DNA of 64,000 nucleotides from a bacterium (GTDB lineage: Bacteria; SAR324; NAC60-12): assembly GCA_965209155.1 (NCBI GenBank), contig OZ242383.1:800001-864000 (forward strand). The letters are read 5' to 3'. The position numbers were made by a program, and so were the translations under genes. Position 1 is the stretch's first letter. Each line of letters starts with the position of its first letter. Positions 57,755 through 64,000 of this stretch are shown here, one piece after another. The notes under the pieces are model-generated. The model saw only the letters and a list, made by a program, of their open reading frames with translations. It had not been told where the DNA came from and searched no databases.

Positions 57755-57988
57755 TCAGCTTTTTTCCTCTGTAAGTTCCCAGCCTGTCGATGGAAGAGTA
57801 TCGTGGGAGGATTCAGAGACATCCGGCTGGGTGGAGATTTGATATTTTTCACCTGCCCATGCCGCTTGATCCAGGGTCTGACAGCGCTTCGAGCAAAAGG
57901 GACGAAAAGGGGTGCTCACCCAGTCGATCGTTTTTGCGCATTGGGGACATTGTACGATTAATCTTTTTCGAGAATCCGACGCTTTCAT
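57755..57988 (-). CDS. yacG: DNA gyrase inhibitor YacG
   Basis: CPQC...FRPFCSKRC..LD..W..E.Y.I. Confidence 0.85.
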   Translation of the reverse strand: MKASDSRKRLIVQCPQCAKTIDWVSTPFRPFCSKRCQTLDQAAWAGEKYQISTQPDVSESSHDTLPSTGWELTEEKS

Positions 57989-58012
57989 GAATCCATACCT
58001 TCCACGAATTAT

Positions 58013-59467
58013 TCAATCGATAGTGTGGGAACCATCGTCCTTTCGCAATTCCAGCAATTCAATTTTTTTGCGCAAGGTGTTGCGGTTGATTCCCAAAATT
58101 CTGGCACTGCGGTTTTGATTCCATTTTGTGTTTTCCAAGGTCAATTTCAGCAAAGGTCGTTCCAGTTGGGGCATGATAAAATCCATCAGGGCAGTTCCTT
58201 CCTGCTGGATGTATAGGGCCACTGTCGATTTGATTTTGGAATAAACCAACGCTTCCAGGTTCCCTTCTTCTTCCACATAAAGAGACGGACGCAAAATGTT
58301 GAGGGGAAGCGTATCGAGGGTGATGATTTCAGAAACATTGGCGATCATCAGACTTTTAATCACGTTTTCCAATTCTCTGATATTACCAGGCCAGTGATAT
58401 TGTTGCAGCTTGGACAAGACTTCCGGAGCCAGACGCTTATTGTAAACCGCCATTTCTTTTTGTCCTTTTCGTAAAAAATGTTCCGTCAATAAAAGAATAT
58501 CTTCGCGATGCTCCCTCAGAGGTGGAACGTATATGGAAAAAACATTGATCCGATAATACAAATCTGTTCGAAAAAGCCCTTCTTTGACCAGTTTTTCCAA
58601 GGTGCGATGAGTGGCTGCAATCACGCGCATGTCCGTTTTTACTTCCTCATGTCCGCCAACCCGTTCAAATATTTTTTCCTGCAAGACCCGCAGCAATTTG
58701 CTTTGCAACCCCAGGGGCATGTCACCGATTTCGTCGAGAAAAAGGGTTCCGGTATGGGCTAATTCCAATTTGCCCCTTTTTCGCTCTCCTGCTCCGGTAA
58801 AAGCGCCTTTCTCGTGACCGAACAATTCGGATTCGAGAAGTTCTGAAGGAATGGCGGCGCAATTGAGGGCGATGAAGGGCCGGTTAGCTCGTGCGGAGTG
58901 CTGGTGGATGGAACGGGCGATCAATTCTTTGCCGGTACCACTTTCACCGAGAATCAAAACGGTGAGGTCGGTCGAAGCCACTCTTCCAACAGCCTTATAC
59001 AAAGCATGCATGGTTTTGCTGTTTCCTACCAGCAATTCTTCTTTCCCCTTCCTGACAAATTGATTTGTCTTTTGACTGGCACGATTACTGAGTACAACTG
59101 TTGCAGCCTGTTTCACCAGGGATTCCGCTTCTTCGATATCAAAAGGTTTGGCAATGTATTCATAGGCCCCTTTTTTCATGGCAGTGATCGTGTTGCGCAT
59201 GGTGCTCTGGCCCGTGATCACGATGGCGAGTAAGGAGGGAAAGCGTTGCAGCATCTCTTCCATCAGCGACAGACCATCCTGGTCCGGCAGGTTGATATCG
59301 ATAAAAGCGATGTCGACAGGCCGTGTTCGCATGAGACGTTTCGCCTCCGCCGCCGTCTCTGCCATGAGCAACGTGTAACCAAATCGAGAAAATGTTTGCT
59401 GCAAGACCCAGCGAATGCTTTGCTCGTCATCAATAATTAAAACATGAATGGAATCGTCCATAATCAA
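58013..59467 (-). CDS. Sigma-54-dependent NtrC-type response regulator
   Basis: Receiver domain, GESGTGKE, GAFTGA, WPGNIRELEN, Fis HTH LGINRNTLRKK. Confidence 0.92.
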   Translation of the reverse strand: MIMDDSIHVLIIDDEQSIRWVLQQTFSRFGYTLLMAETAAEAKRLMRTRPVDIAFIDINLPDQDGLSLMEEMLQRFPSLLAIVITGQSTMRNTITAMKKGAYEYIAKPFDIEEAESLVKQAATVVLSNRASQKTNQFVRKGKEELLVGNSKTMHALYKAVGRVASTDLTVLILGESGTGKELIARSIHQHSARANRPFIALNCAAIPSELLESELFGHEKGAFTGAGERKRGKLELAHTGTLFLDEIGDMPLGLQSKLLRVLQEKIFERVGGHEEVKTDMRVIAATHRTLEKLVKEGLFRTDLYYRINVFSIYVPPLREHREDILLLTEHFLRKGQKEMAVYNKRLAPEVLSKLQQYHWPGNIRELENVIKSLMIANVSEIITLDTLPLNILRPSLYVEEEGNLEALVYSKIKSTVALYIQQEGTALMDFIMPQLERPLLKLTLENTKWNQNRSARILGINRNTLRKKIELLELRKDDGSHTID

Positions 59468-59662
59468 TTTAATTTTTCAGAATAAGTTCCGATTCATCTC
59501 GAAAAGACCGATCCCCAACAAGCCGTCAATACCAGGTACTGGCAGGTTTGAAACCGCATATGTCCGATGACCTGTCCCCAAGGCAGGCAACGGCAACAAT
59601 CTTCGCTGTCTTTAGGGGGAATCATATCATTTCTGAGTCAAAAGACGACCTCTTATTGACGC

Positions 59663-60616
59663 TCATGCCAGCATTCGTTGCTTGTAAGTCTCGTTGTCTT
59701 GCAATAAAGGCAGGATGGTTTGCATTCTTTTTGCAGAAATTTTCTCTTGTTTTGCAAGGAATGAAATGAAATGTTCCAACGTACTTTGCATGCTGATCAA
59801 ATCATCCACCACGGGATGGAGGTTTTTCACAAACCAATTGCCCAGAAAATCGTCCAGCATTTCTGCAGACCATTCCTCCACGGGACACCGCACATACTCT
59901 TCAAGAAAGACTTCCACGTCTTCACGCATTCTTTCTTCTACCTCGGTTTCGAATTCCTTCAGGGTTTGAAAATACGCCTCCATTAATGCGGAATCAATGG
60001 GAGGCGGGGCAGGTGGTGTTTCGTCAACTGATTCATGCGCTTCGGTTTCCGTGGTTTCTGCCTCTGTCTCTGTCTGAGAGGATTTGATCATGTCTTCGAT
60101 AGTTTCCGTATGGGATTTTTCATAGGCATCGACCGCTTTGAAAATCTGGGGCAATTCCAGAGTGTTTCCTTCAATTCGAGCTTTGGAACGTAAGAATATG
60201 GCCACGATCAGCGGATTTACAAAGTGAGGCATCTGATCATGCTCCAAGCTGAAAAGCATTCCCCTGACCATCAGGTTTTTCTGCATCTCTCCGCTTGTGC
60301 GTGCTTGCATTTTTTCCAAACGCTCTTGAAATTCTGTCAGGAATTCATCAGAGATCAGGTTTTTTAAGATTTGAGGTTCCAGGGATTCCTCTTCCAGTTG
60401 GGCACGCAGTAATGATTCTTCAAAGTTAAAATCGAGCAGTTCCGGTTCATACGCCAGAACGGGCAGTCGCTGAAGTATTTTTTGCACTTCTTTTTCAGAT
60501 TTCGGTTTTTGAGGCATGCGACTGGCGACCCGTCTGCGATCGATCGCCTTTTTGGTTTGTTTTTGCTTTTTACGCTTCAGCATTCCTGCTTTTTGTTGCT
60601 TTGTTTTCTTGGCCAT
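59663..60616 (-). CDS. Hypothetical protein (basic N-terminus, acidic body)
   Basis: 317-aa ORF with host-like composition; no motif recognised. Confidence 0.65.
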   Translation of the reverse strand: MAKKTKQQKAGMLKRKKQKQTKKAIDRRRVASRMPQKPKSEKEVQKILQRLPVLAYEPELLDFNFEESLLRAQLEEESLEPQILKNLISDEFLTEFQERLEKMQARTSGEMQKNLMVRGMLFSLEHDQMPHFVNPLIVAIFLRSKARIEGNTLELPQIFKAVDAYEKSHTETIEDMIKSSQTETEAETTETEAHESVDETPPAPPPIDSALMEAYFQTLKEFETEVEERMREDVEVFLEEYVRCPVEEWSAEMLDDFLGNWFVKNLHPVVDDLISMQSTLEHFISFLAKQEKISAKRMQTILPLLQDNETYKQRMLA

Positions 60617-60752
60617 ATCCCTGGAGTCAACTGTGGTTCAAAAATTCGTGGGTCTGTTTATTTGCCGTATAATAACAGCCACTTCCTGTTTTTTTAAAGG
60701 AAAATCCGATATATTGAAAGGAATTTCCAATTTCATTTACTAATTCCATGCT

Positions 60753-62741
60753 ATGCGAGTTTTACCAATTGACAGATTGAAAACTAATTTTCAATGGTAT
60801 TGGTTCGCTTTGCTCATCTCACTCATTCTTCCGCAAACAGCCTCCGCTCAGTTCGAATCCTCCGAGGTTCATATTCCGGAAATCATCGCAACTTTTTTTC
60901 TCTCCCTGGAACCAAAAAGTCCTCGTGCAGGCGAACACGCGCGAATCCTGATAAAAGGACAGGTCGTCGAGGGGTGGCATATCTACTCCCTGGTTCCAGC
61001 GGAAGATGAATTTGCTCCGCTTCCTACTCAGGTGACGACGGAGTCGGGGCAGCAAATGGAACTGATTGGTCCTCCTTATGAATCCAATCCGGTGATGGCA
61101 TTCGATCCGGTGATTGGTATGGAACTCAGTTACCACGAAAAATCATTCTATTTTTTTCAGAATCTCGAGCTTGCTGAAACGACTTCCGGGAATCAGCTTT
61201 TTTCTTCAAATGTGAGTATTCGCTACCAGGCGTGTAGCGACAAAATCTGTCTTCCCCCCAAAACGGAAAAACTGACCCTTTCTTTCACGTCAGGAGAGGG
61301 TCCCCTGCGTACCGAATTCGAGATTCCTCGCTATGACATCAATCCCCTGCCTTCGGCCCTCGAAGCAGGAGACGAACTGGACAATGCATTAGCCGGTGGC
61401 GTGTCCGGCTTTGTCCTGCTGGCCATATTATCGGGATTTCTGGCCCTGCTCACCCCATGCGTTTTTCCCATGATTCCAGTCACTATGGCCTTTTTCAGTA
61501 AGCAGGAAAACGCATCCTACACCAAGGTTTTGAAACTTGCTTCTCTATTTGGATTGGGAATTATTGGCACGTACACCATCACCGGTATGAGCTTCTCCGT
61601 CATACTGGGAGCCACGGGAGCGATTCAATTGGCTACCAATGGCTATGTTAATTTTGCCATCGGTCTCCTTTTTTTGGTGTTCGCTTTCAGTTTAATGGGA
61701 TTTTTCACTCTTTCCTTGCCTGCGGACCTTTCAAACCGCATGGATCAACTTTCCCGTAAAACCGGAGGCTCGTTTGGCATTGTTTTGATGGGTTTGGTCT
61801 TCACCCTCACTTCATTCACTTGCACCGTCCAATTCGTGGGAACCATGTTGATCGCCGCATCCCGCGGACACTGGCTCTGGCCGGTGTTGGGTATGTTGAT
61901 TTTTTCCACGGTTTTTGCCCTGCCCTTTTTTTTACTCGGATTGCTTCCACGCTTGGTCCAGTCGATGAAAACTCGCTCTGGCGCTTGGCTCACTCATATG
62001 AAAGTCGTCTTGGGGTTGATCGAAATAGCAGCCGCGTTCAAGTTTTTCAGTAACGCCGATTTAGTCTGGCAATGGGGAATCATCGATCGTGACTTCGTCT
62101 TGTATGCCTGGATCATCCTGGCATTTTTAGTCGGTCTCTTTTTACTGGGATCCGTCAGTATTCACGAAACGCGGGTTCAGAAAACAGGGGTTATCGGTTT
62201 CAGTACGGCCTTTGTCTTTTTGTTTTTGGGGAGTTACCTGATCCAGGGATTGCAAGGAAACCCACTCAATGCAATCGTAGACGCCTATCTTCCCCCTCCC
62301 TTGTCGACCTCCGCGACCATCGACAATGTCCTCTCGGATTCCCCCGTATACAATGTGGATCAAGTTCATACATTGCCCTGGATGCATGATTTGAACGCCG
62401 CGTTAAAACTAGCCAGGCTGGAGGACAAAAAAGTCTTTGTCGATTTTACCGGATACACTTGTGTCAATTGCAGGTGGATGGAAAAGTATATTTTTGCCGA
62501 CCCCAAAGTTTTAAAATCCTTCAAAGAAAACTTCATCCTGGTCCAGCTTTTCACTGATGGAGGGGATAACTATCAAAGCAACCAGAGCTTGCAAGTCGAA
62601 CGCTTTCACACTGTAGCCCTTCCTTTTTATGTGGTCCTGGACGCCAGAAACCAAGTCCTGGCCAGACATGCCGGCATCATGGCTTCTTCCGAAGAATTCC
62701 TCTCTTTTCTCGAGCAAAATCGTTATCCCGGAGAAACATAG
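60753..62741 (+). CDS. dsbD: Thiol:disulfide interchange protein DsbD
   Basis: WHIYS/CSDKIC N-domain, LTPCVFPMIP TM domain, DFTGYTCVNC thioredoxin domain. Confidence 0.9.
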   Translation: MRVLPIDRLKTNFQWYWFALLISLILPQTASAQFESSEVHIPEIIATFFLSLEPKSPRAGEHARILIKGQVVEGWHIYSLVPAEDEFAPLPTQVTTESGQQMELIGPPYESNPVMAFDPVIGMELSYHEKSFYFFQNLELAETTSGNQLFSSNVSIRYQACSDKICLPPKTEKLTLSFTSGEGPLRTEFEIPRYDINPLPSALEAGDELDNALAGGVSGFVLLAILSGFLALLTPCVFPMIPVTMAFFSKQENASYTKVLKLASLFGLGIIGTYTITGMSFSVILGATGAIQLATNGYVNFAIGLLFLVFAFSLMGFFTLSLPADLSNRMDQLSRKTGGSFGIVLMGLVFTLTSFTCTVQFVGTMLIAASRGHWLWPVLGMLIFSTVFALPFFLLGLLPRLVQSMKTRSGAWLTHMKVVLGLIEIAAAFKFFSNADLVWQWGIIDRDFVLYAWIILAFLVGLFLLGSVSIHETRVQKTGVIGFSTAFVFLFLGSYLIQGLQGNPLNAIVDAYLPPPLSTSATIDNVLSDSPVYNVDQVHTLPWMHDLNAALKLARLEDKKVFVDFTGYTCVNCRWMEKYIFADPKVLKSFKENFILVQLFTDGGDNYQSNQSLQVERFHTVALPFYVVLDARNQVLARHAGIMASSEEFLSFLEQNRYPGET

Positions 62742-63125
62742 TTTAAACCAAGAACGAAAATCGATTCCAGCAAAGAAAATTATGTGATTCTTCGCATTCT
62801 CCTAAAAACTGGTCAACGCTCGATTTTGATATTGCCTGGCAATGGCCCTATGACCGAAGTCGTCCATGTCAACCATCGAGAAGTTTTTTTGCAATCTGCC
62901 GCGCCTGGCCCCGGTTTCGACGATGTGATGTTCGGGTACATGCCGTAAGATTTCAAGCGTATGCAGGGTCTTCGCTTGAAGTGAGCAGACAGTCTATCGA
63001 GCCGAGCAATGATGGCTGTAGATTCCGTAACGGTATGTGTCCACGGTACAGTTTTCCCGGAGCCGAACGATCCGAGACTGCACTGTCGAGATTCATCTGT
63101 TCACCAAGCGCAAAGAAAGAGAGCT

Positions 63126-63509
63126 TCAGCGCGTATCTTTGTGGTAGTGGGGTTGATAAAGCTGTACTCGTACTCCACCAGGCATTTCAAAGTGGGTGAC
63201 GAGACCGAATCCTGCATCGACTACCTCTCCATGGAAATTGACACCACGACTTTTCAACTCCTGGATTGTTTTTAGTAAGTCGTCGCAGTAGAACGAAATA
63301 TCATGGGTTCCAGGAGGGCTACCATGTACGCCGCTCGAATCTGAAGGGTGTACCCCCATATCCGCTTCTGGTAAATTGAAGATGAGCCAGCCGTCGCCAA
63401 CGTCAGTATAAGATGTAAAACCCAGCTTGTCGCGCAGAAACTCACGCAAAAGCTCCGGTTCCGAAGAAAAAAACATCGTGTGCGCACCTTTGATCATAGG
63501 TTTTTCCAA
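63126..63509 (-). CDS. VOC/glyoxalase-family protein
   Basis: FLRDKLG, DVGDGWLIF, ISFYCDD, ELKSRGV, LYQP. Confidence 0.8.
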   Translation of the reverse strand: MEKPMIKGAHTMFFSSEPELLREFLRDKLGFTSYTDVGDGWLIFNLPEADMGVHPSDSSGVHGSPPGTHDISFYCDDLLKTIQELKSRGVNFHGEVVDAGFGLVTHFEMPGGVRVQLYQPHYHKDTR

Positions 63510-63732
63510 ATTGGTGATTAAAAAATTTGTTTAAAAATAGTAGCCAGTACTGGTGCATCTCACTGGTTTGTTAACCTTTTCACACGGGAATTTTGACCAG
63601 TATATTGCGAAACATATTTGAGAAATTCATTGTTTTTTTCTAACAGTCAAATTTTTTATCACCGAGTAGATAATTCTTGCATCAATTTTTTCCTCTTTCA
63701 CTACGATTTGTTTCCAGGTTTTAATTCTGTTC

Positions 63733-63990
63733 TCAACAAAGTAGAACACGAAGTAATGATCTTTTTATGGAAACCTTATATGGATTAATTTTGATCACTT
63801 TGACAGATCTCCTGATTATTAAAGTTTTGATTGTGCCATTATTGGTGAAAAGATAATAATGTATTTCCAAGAAACAATACGCGTATCGATGATTGTTACG
63901 ACCGGGTTCATCTGCGCGCTGAATACATATGCCATCGAACATAATAAAATAGTGAAATCCCGGAAAAATAATATAGTTCAAAATGTTCAA
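63733..63990 (-). CDS. Hypothetical ORF at the window edge
   Basis: 85-aa AT-rich ORF with no motif; may be spurious. Confidence 0.2.
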   Translation of the reverse strand: MNILNYIIFPGFHYFIMFDGICIQRADEPGRNNHRYAYCFLEIHYYLFTNNGTIKTLIIRRSVKVIKINPYKVSIKRSLLRVLLC

Positions 63991-64000
63991 TTGGGCCCGC

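Overview
Bacterial chromosomal window; the gene content suggests a deltaproteobacterial or SAR324-like host, which is inference only. Housekeeping flanks (PpiD-like isomerase, Yej/Opp-type ABC operon, acyl-CoA carboxyltransferase, glnA-glnE on the left; nucleoside phosphorylase, NUDIX, mutL, yacG, NtrC-type regulator, dsbD on the right) enclose a ~33 kb accessory region (~19.5-52.7 kb). The left part of that region is built around seven copies of one IS66-family terminus (GTAACTATTCAGG...): three left ends and four right ends, one of which is doubled. Two inverted IS66 copies form a 9.8 kb composite transposon (27802-37574) with an exact 8-bp target duplication GGAAAATT that splits a gamma-carbonic-anhydrase-like gene. 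That transposon sits inside a larger unit bounded by short IS66 end fragments. Three of the four right ends lie 17-49 nt upstream of the start codon of an outward-reading transport or catabolic gene, and the long non-coding right end carries an outward promoter and conserved hairpins. Together this suggests an IS66-end-based gene capture and expression platform. The right part is a defence-type island: DUF433 antitoxin, DUF5131-TcmP fusion, YaaC, a DUF2235-HEPN-like fusion broken by an ISKra4 element, and a type I RM system with fused M-S. Other features: IS256, IS91 and IS1595 remnants, two MITE families carrying nested REP-like hairpins, an Hfq-like small protein and several pseudogenes. No rRNA, tRNA or CRISPR array was recognised. 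All family calls come from motif recognition by eye, not database searches.
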